This document shows, piece after piece, positions 38,352 through 48,525 of a stretch of DNA of 64,000 nt (position 1 is the stretch's first letter; every line of letters starts with the position of its first letter). The DNA lies in the NCBI GenBank assembly GCA_963789395.1, contig CAWBKP010000014.1, forward strand, positions 320,001-384,000, given 5' to 3'. The DNA is from an uncultured delta proteobacterium. GTDB taxonomy: Bacteria > Desulfobacterota > Desulfobacteria > Desulfobacterales > Desulfatirhabdiaceae. The position numbers and the translations under genes are program-made. The notes beneath the pieces were generated by a model, which was not told where the DNA came from, made no database searches, and saw only the letters and a list, made by a program, of their open reading frames with translations.

Positions 38352-41264
38352 TCACATTTTCATCCGGTTGCCATCCGGATCATAAAACGGCATGGGTACG
38401 ACTCTCGCGTATATCCGACTGCCGCCGCATTCATCTTCAAATATCTCCAATCGGGTACCGATATCCGACAACGGGGATTCCACCAGGGCCATGCCGACGG
38501 CCTTTCCAAGCGATATGCTTTTTCTGGCTGTGCACACATAGCCCCGGACCCGGCTGTCCACGATGATGGATCCGTCCCTGGCCGGCCGGTCCCCTTCCAT
38601 CTGAATCCCCACCAGGGTCAGTCTGCCCGGATCAGCTTCAGCCTGCCGCAACGCCACAGCGCCGACGGTTTTGGCGTCGGTTTTGCTGCGGTCCCACAGA
38701 AACCCGAGCCCCACATCCAGGAGATTTGTCCGCTGCTCGGATTCCACCCCCAGGATGATATGGCCTTTTTCCAGTCTCAGCACATTCTGTGCTTCCACCC
38801 CGAAATTGCGGATGTTGAATTCCTTGCCGGCCGATGCCACCATCTCCCACAGCGAGACCATGTAGGATGCGGGCACATGCAGTTCAAACGACAGTTCGCC
38901 CACAAACCCGAGGCGCATGGCCCGGACCGGTATCCCGCCGACCGTGAATTCGCGGTAAGCGCTGAAGGGAAAGGCTGCGCTGGAAACATCCGCATCGGCA
39001 ACCTTTTCCAGCACCTTTCGGGCATTGGGTCCCGACAGGTTGATGACGCCCATGGCATCGGTCAGGTTGACCATGTTGAAATTCCAGCCGTCATAGCGGG
39101 TGTGATAGCGGATCCACTCGATGGTCTGTCCGGCCCGGGCCGTGGATGTGGTCAGATAATAGTCGTTTTCCCGGATGTTGACGATGACGCCGTCATCCAG
39201 CACGCATCCGTCATCGTTGCACATGGCCGAGTATTTCACCCGCCCTTCGCGGACCTTAGCGATATCGGAAACATACACCCGCTGCAGGGCGCGAAGTGCG
39301 TCCGGCCCGTGAATCCGGAATTTTCCCAGGGTTGAGGCATCCAGCATGCCCACGTTGCTGCGGACGGTTAAAATTTCCTCCCGGCAGGTAACGTCCTCTG
39401 AAAAATAGCGGGCCCGGTCCCACACCCCGATCAGGCGAAACACGCCGCCTGCCTTGACCTGAAGTTCATGGACCGGCGTGCGCTTGGACATTTTGTGGCT
39501 GGCGCCGGCATAGGTGCTGATGTAGGTCGGCGTCAGGGGCGGCCGGACCGTTGTCGGCTGCAGATGTCCGGGGCCGGAAGCCGTGTACTTGGCCACAAAA
39601 AGCGGCAGGTTGTGTCCGGGAATCCCGCCCTGGCCGGGTCCGGTGCCGGCGGATGTAAAGCGCTTGATCAGTTCCGGAACATCAAAGCCCATGTCGATGG
39701 CCTGCCGGATGTTTTTAATCGTGGTGTCTTCGTCAAAGCAGATAAAGGTTTTGCGGCCCTTGACCGGGGCCGTCACCAGCTTGGTGCCCCTTTCGGGTCC
39801 GGCCAGCCCCGCCAGGGCTTTTTCAGCGTCTTCAATCTGTTTTTGGTTTGATGCGCCGCAGGCATCGGCTGCCTGAAGCCCGGCCAGCCGTCCGGAGGCC
39901 TCGATGGACAGAGGGGAATTGAATCCCAGCATGCGGCCGGCGGCAACCATTTTCTCCGGCAGACTAACCGGCAGAAAATACCCGGTATGGTCGTCATAGG
40001 TGAATGTTGCCTGGGCCAGGCTCAGGGGGCCGGTGGCCGGGGTCAGGCCCGCGGAGGCGACCAGTAGATCGCAGGGAATATGCCGCCGGATGGTGCCGTC
40101 CAGGGTTGCGATCGTCGCCTTGTTGACCTGTTTGCTGCCATGGGCCTTGACGGCGACCCAGCCGCCAAGATACGGAATCCGTCTGTCCGCAAGACCTGCC
40201 AGCAGGTCCGGGTTCTGCCCGTCCTCGCGGATGTCCGCCACGCAGGCCACCTGAAGACCCATATCGAACAGATCGATGGCGGCCTCCAGGCCCAGGTCAT
40301 GGCCGACGCTGAATACCGCATCTTTCCCCGGCATCAGGCCGTAAGTCCGTGCCAGGCGGTGGGCGCACCCGATCTGCATGACCCCGGGACGCTCGTTGTG
40401 GTCAAAGAGCAGCGGCCGCTCGGTGCACCCGGTCGCCACCACCACGCTTGTTGCGCGAATCTCGATGTATCGTTCATCGAAGGGGTCGCTGTCGCCGCCG
40501 ACCTGAAAGGCGGTGAGCAGGTTGTTGTTATAGGCACCGATCAGGGATGTGCGTTTGAACACGCGGATGTTGGGTGTCTGTTCCACCTGGGCCGCCAGTT
40601 CCCGGGCTCTTTGGTACAGGGGTTTTCCCTTGCCGTATTCGGCGGCCCGGTAATCAAAGCATCCGCCCAGCCAGGGGCGCCCTTCAAGAAGAAGGATGCG
40701 CCGGCCGCTTTCAGCGGCAGCCAGGGCAGCCGTCATGCCGGCCGCGCCCCCGCCGACGATGCACACATCCGCCCGGGGATAGATTTCGTCATAAACGCCT
40801 TTCATCTCGAAATCCGGGGAAATCGTGCCCAATCCGGCGGCTTTTCGAATCTGCTTCATGGCGATCGGCCAGATGGATGCGGGTTTGTGCATCATCCGGT
40901 AGTAGAAACCGGCCGGCATCAGCCAGTCGAATTTATCCATGAATCCCATCATATCGGTGTCCGCGGAACCCTTGACATTCTGGGCATCCACCCGCATGTC
41001 CGCCTTCAGCAGGGTCGTCTCGGTCCGGACATTGGGAATGCCGTTGACAGACATGCAGGTATTGCTGCATTCGCCGTCCAGGCTGTAAAGCCCCCGGGGC
41101 CGGTGGTATTTCAGACTGCGGCCAAAGACCCGGACGCCGTTGGCATACAGGGCCGTGGCCACCGTATCTCCGCCGATGCCGGTGTACGTTTTTTTGCGGT
41201 AATGCACGGCCAGTTTTTCCGACGGGTTCACCCGCAATGTCGGCAAATGATTGAGTCTGTTCAT
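38352..41264 (-). CDS. soxA: Sarcosine oxidase alpha-like subunit (nucleotide-binding plus GcvT folate-binding domains)
   Basis: GDTVATALYANG, RSLKYHRPRG, VGGGAAG, KRFT..GTG, DASTLGK, FVGELSFE, LRLEKGH, PFYDP. Confidence 0.9.
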   Translation of the reverse strand: MNRLNHLPTLRVNPSEKLAVHYRKKTYTGIGGDTVATALYANGVRVFGRSLKYHRPRGLYSLDGECSNTCMSVNGIPNVRTETTLLKADMRVDAQNVKGSADTDMMGFMDKFDWLMPAGFYYRMMHKPASIWPIAMKQIRKAAGLGTISPDFEMKGVYDEIYPRADVCIVGGGAAGMTAALAAAESGRRILLLEGRPWLGGCFDYRAAEYGKGKPLYQRARELAAQVEQTPNIRVFKRTSLIGAYNNNLLTAFQVGGDSDPFDERYIEIRATSVVVATGCTERPLLFDHNERPGVMQIGCAHRLARTYGLMPGKDAVFSVGHDLGLEAAIDLFDMGLQVACVADIREDGQNPDLLAGLADRRIPYLGGWVAVKAHGSKQVNKATIATLDGTIRRHIPCDLLVASAGLTPATGPLSLAQATFTYDDHTGYFLPVSLPEKMVAAGRMLGFNSPLSIEASGRLAGLQAADACGASNQKQIEDAEKALAGLAGPERGTKLVTAPVKGRKTFICFDEDTTIKNIRQAIDMGFDVPELIKRFTSAGTGPGQGGIPGHNLPLFVAKYTASGPGHLQPTTVRPPLTPTYISTYAGASHKMSKRTPVHELQVKAGGVFRLIGVWDRARYFSEDVTCREEILTVRSNVGMLDASTLGKFRIHGPDALRALQRVYVSDIAKVREGRVKYSAMCNDDGCVLDDGVIVNIRENDYYLTTSTARAGQTIEWIRYHTRYDGWNFNMVNLTDAMGVINLSGPNARKVLEKVADADVSSAAFPFSAYREFTVGGIPVRAMRLGFVGELSFELHVPASYMVSLWEMVASAGKEFNIRNFGVEAQNVLRLEKGHIILGVESEQRTNLLDVGLGFLWDRSKTDAKTVGAVALRQAEADPGRLTLVGIQMEGDRPARDGSIIVDSRVRGYVCTARKSISLGKAVGMALVESPLSDIGTRLEIFEDECGGSRIYARVVPMPFYDPDGNRMKM

Positions 41265-41536
41265 TGATTCGCCTCCAATTGGTTCGCTTCCATGTTGGCC
41301 ACCTCAAGATTGGTTATCGTGTTCCGGTGGACGGTAAACCAGCTGCCGCAGCCATCCCGGTGAAACCACCATTCTTTCTGAACGCCGGCCACGCATTTGT
41401 TCATATGCACATAATCGCACCAGCTGCCCGGGGTCAGCCCCGCTTCGGCAGGACGCGGTCCTTTGTCTTCTCCGCCATATCGAAATTCGTATCCGTTTCG
41501 CTTTCCGCAAATGGGGCAGGTCAGTGTCAACGCCAT
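41261..41536 (-). CDS. soxD: Sarcosine oxidase delta subunit
   Basis: CPICG.R...EF.YGG, E.W.H..GC..WF...R.T (Zn ligands). Confidence 0.9.
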   Translation of the reverse strand: MALTLTCPICGKRNGYEFRYGGEDKGPRPAEAGLTPGSWCDYVHMNKCVAGVQKEWWFHRDGCGSWFTVHRNTITNLEVANMEANQLEANQ

Positions 41537-41604
41537 AACAAATTCTCCTTATTATTGAACGCCACAACTGAGGGCGTATTTATATCGATGAAGGGCCTGC
41601 GGCA

Positions 41605-42828
41605 TCAATTGTCCGGGCTGTAGTTGACCAGAGCCGCGGTTTCTCCCATCAGTCGGTGCTTTTCGTACCGGCGCAGATGAAAGGGCCGAAGGATTTCCGG
41701 ACAGTTGCCGGTTGCCATGAACGCGGCCAGATGCTTTCCGGTCGCCGCGCAGGACTTGAACCCGAAATAGCCCCAGCCGCAGTTCATATAAAAGCCCTCG
41801 ATCGGATCATTGCCGTCGATGATGGGCGCCATGTCGGGCGTCATGTCGGCCAGCCCTCCCCAGATCCGCATGAATTTAACCCCCCGCAGGCAGGGCAGAA
41901 ACTCGGACAGGGCCTCTGCCTGATGCTTGATATAATGGGCCGTGTTCTGGGTGGTATAATTGGGCCAGGGATCCATGTGCGCACCGGTGGCGATTTCGCC
42001 TTTCAGGGTCTGATTGGCGTAGGCATGATAGGCTCCGGACGACACCACGTGGTTGAGCAGGGGTTTCAGCGGCTGGGTGACCATGGCCTGAATGGTCAGC
42101 ACGCTGATGGGCAGTTTGATGCCCATCATGCGATGAATGATGGCGGCCGAATACCCGCCCGCTGCCACCAGCACCCGCGGCGAATGAATTTTGCCGCCAC
42201 TGGTGTTCACGCCGGTAATCTTTCGGCCGTCCGTCAGTATCTCGGTTACCTCGGTCTGCTGGTGAATATGCACCCCGTTTTTGGCGGCGCCTTTGGCCAG
42301 ACCCCAGACAACGGCGTCGTGCCTGACAATGCCCCCGGGAGGGTGATACATGGCCCCGTGGATCGGAAAGGTGATGTCTTTTGAAATATTCAGGGCCGGC
42401 ACCATGTCCTTGACCTGGCAGGCATCCAGCAGATGGCTTTCCACGCCGTGAAACTGGGCCGTTGCAATGTTCATCCGCGCGGCGCTCATGGCCGCCTCGC
42501 TGTGCATGAGGTTCAGATTCCCGCAGTTATTGAACATGAGGTTGTAATCCAGTTCGCGGGTCAGCGCCGGCCAGAGCTCCAGGCCTTCCTTGTACAGCGG
42601 CACGTTCTGCTGGGTCCGCTGGTTGGCGCGGACAATGGCGGTATTGCGGCCGGCGCCGCCAAACCCGATAAAGCGTTTTTCGATGATGGCGATGTGTTTC
42701 ATTCCATGCGCTGTTGCGAGAAAATAAGCCGTCGCCAAACCGTGAAGCCCCCCTCCGATGATGACGGCATCGTAACTGGATTTAAGGTCGGGCTTCTTCC
42801 CCCACAGGGGTTTGAACCTTCCGAACAT
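41605..42828 (-). CDS. soxB: Sarcosine oxidase beta-like FAD subunit
   Basis: IGGGLHGLATAY, GRNTAIVR, GGIVRHDAVVWG, DMTPD, GWGYFGFK. Confidence 0.92.
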   Translation of the reverse strand: MFGRFKPLWGKKPDLKSSYDAVIIGGGLHGLATAYFLATAHGMKHIAIIEKRFIGFGGAGRNTAIVRANQRTQQNVPLYKEGLELWPALTRELDYNLMFNNCGNLNLMHSEAAMSAARMNIATAQFHGVESHLLDACQVKDMVPALNISKDITFPIHGAMYHPPGGIVRHDAVVWGLAKGAAKNGVHIHQQTEVTEILTDGRKITGVNTSGGKIHSPRVLVAAGGYSAAIIHRMMGIKLPISVLTIQAMVTQPLKPLLNHVVSSGAYHAYANQTLKGEIATGAHMDPWPNYTTQNTAHYIKHQAEALSEFLPCLRGVKFMRIWGGLADMTPDMAPIIDGNDPIEGFYMNCGWGYFGFKSCAATGKHLAAFMATGNCPEILRPFHLRRYEKHRLMGETAALVNYSPDN

Positions 42829-42905
42829 AGACTCCCCCTTTATTGCTGTTAAAGCGGTTGTGCTGCATAATAAGTGGTTCACGAAATTTACATCTCGTAA
42901 TCCGC

Positions 42906-42934
42906 TTTATAGTAAATGAAATAAAATATGTCAA
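42906..42934 (-). promoter_or_regulatory. Sigma70 promoter of soxBDAG, overlapped by an operator
   Basis: TTGACA-N17-TATAAA on the minus strand; contains TGAAATAAAATATGTCA (42917-42933). Confidence 0.7.
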
Positions 42935-43190
42935 ATATAATTTAAAATGAAAGATAAAGTTTCACAATTAACGTATTGCAGATAATCCATTCCAAACATA
43001 CACACAGCCAATGACGTACGAATACTTCCAACATGTAATAGTGACGTTCAACAATTCATTAAATGAGCGATACTGACTATGTTTAATATTTATGTTAATC
43101 GCCGGATCCGTCTCATCCGGGGGCATCCGGCAGATATCACGATTTTTTATTTATTCTTGAAACAAAATGCGTTACGTATTATGGTGAACA

Positions 43191-43207
43191 TGAAATGAAA
43201 TATATCA
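43191..43207. promoter_or_regulatory. Putative RpiR operator
   Basis: TGAAATGAAATATATCA, 15/17 identical to the 42917 site. Confidence 0.55.
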
Positions 43208-43243
43208 TTTTGAGCTTCAATATTTTCACACATCGAGGAAACG

Positions 43244-44125
43244 ATGACAGAAAAAACATCCCAAACGGTCATGGAAGCGATCGTGACGCAACTGGATTCA
43301 CTGACGCCAAAGGGCAAGATGCTGGGCCAGTTCATTCTTCAGAATTCCCGCCGGGCGGTGTTTATGACCACCAAAGAACTGTCTGCAGCCTGCAAGGTCA
43401 GTGAGGCAACGGTTGTTCGATTTGTCAGCCAGCTGGGTTACGGAGGTTACAGCGATTTTCTTCAGGCCCTGCGGGACATTGTGGACACGGGGTTGACCCT
43501 GCCGGATCGGATCGACCTTCCCGGCCCGGCCTTGCCCGGCGCCGAACTCCTGCACCGCGTGCTGATCGAGGAAATGAACACTATCAAACAGATTTACGAA
43601 TCCGTTGATTTGAAGGTGCTGGCATCTTTTGTCGGTCACCTTGCCGACAGTCCTTCGGTGTATGTCATCGGGTCACGGCTCTCGTTCACCTTTGCCTATT
43701 ATCTGGGATGGTCCCTGAACAAGGTCCGCAGCAACGTACACATATTAAAGGGCAGCGACAGCACGTCCATTGACGCATTGACCCATGCAGCTCCGGACAG
43801 CCTGGTGATCATCATCGCCACCTCCAGATATCCGAATGAACTGATCCGCCTTGGCAAAGTCGTCAGGCGCCTCGGGTTGACGCTGCTGGTCATGGCCGAC
43901 AGCGCCCTGTGCCCGCTGATCCAGTTTGCCCACCAGTCATTTATTGTTCCGTCCAAATCGATTCCCTTCATCGGCCATCCGACGGCCATCTCCTGCATGA
44001 TCAACTACCTGGTAATCGCTCTGGCCAGGCAGCGGGGAGGCGATCTCAAAAAACATCAGGAAAGGCTTGAGCAGCTCTACATCGAAAACGATATTCTCTT
44101 TAACCTGCACCGAGAAAGCATGTAA
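43244..44125 (+). CDS. RpiR/MurR family regulator (HTH + SIS)
   Basis: LTPKG, ELSAACKVSEATVVRF..LGY.GY..F, VYVIGSR. Confidence 0.92.
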   Translation: MTEKTSQTVMEAIVTQLDSLTPKGKMLGQFILQNSRRAVFMTTKELSAACKVSEATVVRFVSQLGYGGYSDFLQALRDIVDTGLTLPDRIDLPGPALPGAELLHRVLIEEMNTIKQIYESVDLKVLASFVGHLADSPSVYVIGSRLSFTFAYYLGWSLNKVRSNVHILKGSDSTSIDALTHAAPDSLVIIIATSRYPNELIRLGKVVRRLGLTLLVMADSALCPLIQFAHQSFIVPSKSIPFIGHPTAISCMINYLVIALARQRGGDLKKHQERLEQLYIENDILFNLHRESM

Positions 44126-44193
44126 GTGCGGCCATCGGTTCATGGAATATTTTCCGATGGGTCATAAACAGGATAAACATCAAGAGAGGTTAC

Positions 44194-45600
44194 ATGTCAG
44201 AAAACACCCGCATCGAACACGATTTTCTAGGTGCCAAGGAAATTCCCGCAGACGCTTATTATGGCGTTCAAACCCTGCGGGCCATTGAAAACTTCAAAAT
44301 AACCGATATTCCGATTTCCATCGAGCCCGAGATGATTCGTGCACTGGGGTATGTAAAAAAAGCATCGGCAAAAGCCAACAGGGACCTGAACGTATTGCCG
44401 GAAGAGATCGGCAATGCGATCGTTAAGGCATGCGATGCGCTGATCGCCGGGGAACTCGTGGATCAGTTCAAAGTGGACTGCATTCAGGGCGGCGCCGGCA
44501 CTTCCACCAACATGAACGCCAACGAGGTCATCGCCAACAAGGCCCTGGAAATTCTCGGCCACCCGAAAGGCACATACGAAATTGTCCACCCCAACAACCA
44601 CGTCAATTGTTCCCAGTCTACCAACGACGCCTACCCCACGGCGTTTCGGGTCGCCCTCCTGCTGATCATTCCGAAGCTGACAACCGCCTTATCCTCGCTG
44701 GCCACCGCCTTTCAGGAAAAAGCAAACGAATTCATGGATGTGCTCAAAATGGGACGCACCCAGCTTCAGGATGCCGTGCCCATGACTCTGGGGCAGGAGT
44801 TCGGCGCATTTGCCAACACGCTTTTCGAGGATGTGGAACGCCTTCATGCGGTTTGCGAACTGTTCCATGAAGTCAATCTGGGCGCCACCGCCATCGGCAC
44901 CGGCATCAATGCCCCGTCCGGTTACCGCGCACTGGCCGTTGACTATCTGGCCCAGCTCACCGGTCTGCCCATGAAAAGCTCAAAGGATCTTATGGAAGCC
45001 ACCTGGGACACCGGCGCATACGTTCAGCTGTCCGGCCTGCTCCGCCGGATAGCGGTCAAGCTGTCCAAGATCTGCAATGATCTGCGGCTGCTGTCATCAG
45101 GCCCCCGGGCCGGGTTCAACGAGATCAACCTGCCCAAGATGCAGCCGGGATCCTCGATCATGCCCGGTAAGGTCAACCCGGTCATCCCGGAAGTGGTCAA
45201 CCAGGTGGCGTTTCAGGTCATCGGTATGGATGTCACCGTTACCCTGGCGGCAGAAGCCGGACAGCTCCAGCTCAATGTCATGGAGCCGGTCATGGCCTTT
45301 GATCTGTTTTCCATGCTGGAGATGCTCCAGCGTGGCTGCAGGGTGCTGGAGGGAAAATGCGTCCGCGGCATTACCGCCAACCGGGAACATTGCCTGGAAA
45401 TGGTCCTGAACAGCATCGGCATCGTGACCGCCCTGAACCCCATCATCGGATATGAAGCATCTGCGGCAATCGCCAGGGAGGCACTGGAAACCGGCCGCTC
45501 GGTGCACGAACTGGCCCTTGAAAAAGGGCTGATCGACAAGGAAAAACTGGATCAGCTTCTGTCCATCGAAAATCTGATGAATCCCAGATTTTTCCGTTGA
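44194..45600 (+). CDS. aspA: Aspartate ammonia-lyase
   Basis: YYGVQTLRAIENF, QGGAGTSTNMN, KMGRTQLQDA, GSSIMPGKVNP, LQLNVMEP. Confidence 0.95.
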   Translation: MSENTRIEHDFLGAKEIPADAYYGVQTLRAIENFKITDIPISIEPEMIRALGYVKKASAKANRDLNVLPEEIGNAIVKACDALIAGELVDQFKVDCIQGGAGTSTNMNANEVIANKALEILGHPKGTYEIVHPNNHVNCSQSTNDAYPTAFRVALLLIIPKLTTALSSLATAFQEKANEFMDVLKMGRTQLQDAVPMTLGQEFGAFANTLFEDVERLHAVCELFHEVNLGATAIGTGINAPSGYRALAVDYLAQLTGLPMKSSKDLMEATWDTGAYVQLSGLLRRIAVKLSKICNDLRLLSSGPRAGFNEINLPKMQPGSSIMPGKVNPVIPEVVNQVAFQVIGMDVTVTLAAEAGQLQLNVMEPVMAFDLFSMLEMLQRGCRVLEGKCVRGITANREHCLEMVLNSIGIVTALNPIIGYEASAAIAREALETGRSVHELALEKGLIDKEKLDQLLSIENLMNPRFFR

Positions 45601-46865
45601 TTACCTTTTAAAATCCTGGGTGCCGGCTTCTATGTCAGACCTGGGATCCAGGGCCATTATTACCGGGGAGGTGCTTTTCATGGGAATGAAGGGGACCTGT
45701 GCTTCCACCGGCACCCGTTCCACTTTCTCGCGTTTCCTCAAGAATAGGGTAAGCACAGTCAGGGTGCCGCTGATTACTCCCCAGAAAGCAAAAAGGCCAA
45801 AGGGTGAACCCAGCAAGGCCATCGCACCGGAAGCCAGAAGGGGGCTTATGCTGGCGCCGATGCTGTAGGCAAACAGCAGGCCGGCACTCACCGCCACGGC
45901 ATCCTGTCCGCCGAAAATATCATGCGCCCGGGCGACAGAAAGCGGATAGACGGCAAACACAAGGATGCCGAACAATCCCATTTCCACGGACAATTCCCCG
46001 AAAGTGGGCTCCCCGTTTATGAACAGGATCCCGCTGACCCCTGTTATGGCGGTTGCCACGGCAGAAAGGACCAAGGTACGGTCAAACCGGTCCGAGAGGG
46101 TGCCCACCAGCCACTGGGCTGCCAGGCCGCAAAATACCGTCAGGGACATGATCCAGGAAAGCTGCTTCAACGACAGGCCGATTGCGGTGCAGAACACAGG
46201 CATCATGGCGAAGAAGGCGCTGTTGTTCAGGCCGGCTGCAAAGCATCCCAGCATGCCCAGGGGCGTTTTTCGAAAAATCAGGACCGAATTTGTAAGGGTT
46301 TTGTTTCCGGCAGACCGGGATGTACCCCCCCGGTGATTGATACCGGCACCAGGCAAAGCGAGAAAAGAATACCGACAAAGATGAACAGTTTTTGCCCCTG
46401 AATATCTCCGGCATTGAGCAATTGCTGGCCGATACCGGTTCCCAAATACATCAAACTCATGTAGATGGCAAATACCCGTCCCCGGTAATGCGATTCGCAG
46501 CACTCGTTGAGCCAGCTCTCGATGACCATAAACAATCCAAAAGCCGTAATCCCGCTTAAAAACCTTAAGAGCGCCCAAAACCACGGGGAGAGGTAAAGTC
46601 CATAGAGAAGGGCAGCAGCTGTCGTTATGGCGGCAAATACGGTAAAGGCGCGAATATGGCCGATTCTCTGAATCAACCGGTGACAACAAAATGAACCGAC
46701 CAACAGGCCCGTATAAAAACTGGACAGAACAATGCCTGTCGTGGCCGCGGGAAAATCCTCCGCGGCCAAGCGTACACTCACCAGGGTGTTCAGCAGGCCG
46801 CTGCCGAGTAAAAATATAAAGGTGGCTGCAAACAATGAACCGAACATTCTCAGAGAGTTGACCAT
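45601..46865 (-). CDS. MFS transporter (YcaD-like), frameshifted at about 46280-46296
   Basis: N-half GHIRAF...ESWLN...RGRVFAIY in ORF 46278..46919; C-half PLGMLGC...GTLSDRFDR in ORF 45601..46905. Confidence 0.85.
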
Positions 46866-46947
46866 CTGACTTCCTTGAACGGGTGACCGCCGATTTAGGC
46901 GCCATCGACAGCGTAACAATTGCGGAAAAAGAACATCCTGCCGTTTT

Positions 46948-47832
46948 TCAGGTCGGCTCCCGCTTCAAATCAAACAGCACGTCGTTTTCCAGGTAAGCCT
47001 GCTCCAGTTGCTCCTGATGGCGCGTCATGGCCTCTCCAAGCTTGCCGGCCAGCACCTGAATCAGATAGTTGATCAGGCAGCACATGGTGGTGGGGCTGCC
47101 GTTGAAGGGAATAAAGCGGGACGGGGTAATGATGGTTTCATGGGCAAACTGGATCAGCGGGCAGACAGTGCTGTCGGTAATGAGTACCAATGTATGCGAT
47201 TGCCGGATCGTGTGCCTGGCAATACGGATCAGTTCATTGGGATATCTTGTCGTGGCAAAAATGATGACCAGGGTTTCAGTCGGCGCGATCGTCAGCCAGT
47301 CGATGGTCGTTTTGTCACTCCCCTTGACTATCTGAATGCCTTTTCGAACTTTGGTCAGGGACCAGCCCAGATAATAGGCCATGGTGTATGAGGCGCGGGA
47401 GCCCACGACATATATCTGGGGACTGCTGTGCATCAGGGCCACCACCCGGTCGATCTGGGCGTGGTCGATCTGGTCATAGGCCAGTCTGAGGTTGTCGATC
47501 TCCTCGGATATCACCCTTCGGAAACGTTCGGCACCCGGCGCCAGCATATTGACCATATCCGCGCGTTCCAGAAGCGTCAGTTCGGACTCCACCAGATCCC
47601 GAAGAAACTGCTGGAAATCGGCATATCCATCGAACCCCAGCTGAGCGACGAAGCGTACGACAGACGATTCACTGACCCGGCAGGTTCTGGCCAGCTCGGC
47701 GATCGTCATAAACATGGCCTTGCGCGGGTTTTCCCTCACGTAATCTCCGAGAGTCCGGCTCTTGGGTGTCAGCGCGTCGTAGCGCCGGGAAATGCGCTCA
47801 ATCAGGGAATGCGGTTTTTCTGTTGTTGCCAT
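46948..47832 (-). CDS. RpiR/MurR family regulator, paralog of 43244
   Basis: LTPKS, ELARTCRVSESSVVRF, RYPNELIR, HQEQLEQAYLEND. Confidence 0.92.
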   Translation of the reverse strand: MATTEKPHSLIERISRRYDALTPKSRTLGDYVRENPRKAMFMTIAELARTCRVSESSVVRFVAQLGFDGYADFQQFLRDLVESELTLLERADMVNMLAPGAERFRRVISEEIDNLRLAYDQIDHAQIDRVVALMHSSPQIYVVGSRASYTMAYYLGWSLTKVRKGIQIVKGSDKTTIDWLTIAPTETLVIIFATTRYPNELIRIARHTIRQSHTLVLITDSTVCPLIQFAHETIITPSRFIPFNGSPTTMCCLINYLIQVLAGKLGEAMTRHQEQLEQAYLENDVLFDLKREPT

Positions 47833-47867
47833 GACGACGACTCCTGAATGATAAAACACCGTTCTTT

Positions 47868-47884
47868 TGACATGATTTATTTCA
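47868..47884. promoter_or_regulatory. Putative RpiR operator
   Basis: Reverse complement TGAAATAAATCATGTCA, 15/17 identical to the 42917 site. Confidence 0.6.
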
Positions 47885-48160
47885 TCTTGCGCAGATAAAT
47901 CTTATATATTCAGCCCGAAAATCACCCTCAATCACCTTGATTGATAACAAGCCCGCAAAAAATAAACAAGCCAAATTCTTCAGGTTTTCAATTCGCTGAA
48001 TTCCTTATGAAAAGGGGCTAAATATCCTCTCCTTCACTGTCGATCCGATCCGGATTTCTTTAGCAACCAAGGCTTCAATACAATGTTATTGAGAATTGAC
48101 CCAAAAAATATTTTATGTCACAACAAATTGAATTAAAGTCAGCAATCGAGAACAGGGACA

Positions 48161-48370
48161 TTGCCGCCATTCTGCAGACGGCAGCTGACCAGTCAGAAGC
48201 CGGCGCAGACTATAATTTTCGTCGGCAAAGAATCCGAATACCTGAAATGGTATTGTTCGGTTCAGGAAGAAACCCCTGATGTTTACCGCGGCTTCTGCCA
48301 GGAATGCGGCTCCAGCCTCTTCTGGGATCCCCGTGGAAATTGGAATCGACTCCCCCTGAATCAGCCTTAA
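48161..48370 (+). pseudogene. GFA/CENP-V family protein relic
   Basis: FCRRQ...LKWY...RGFCQECGSSLFW; lacks an intact N-terminus and C-terminus. Confidence 0.6.
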
Positions 48371-48525
48371 AGACCTTTATTTTTCCAACAGAATTTTTCA
48401 TATTGAAAACTGTTGACACAATAAACCTTCAGAAGGTACTAAATAAATCTCTGATGACTTTTTGTCACATATATGGACTCAGAATCATTTTTTTATTCAT
48501 CTTAACAAACGAATGGAGGTTTTAA

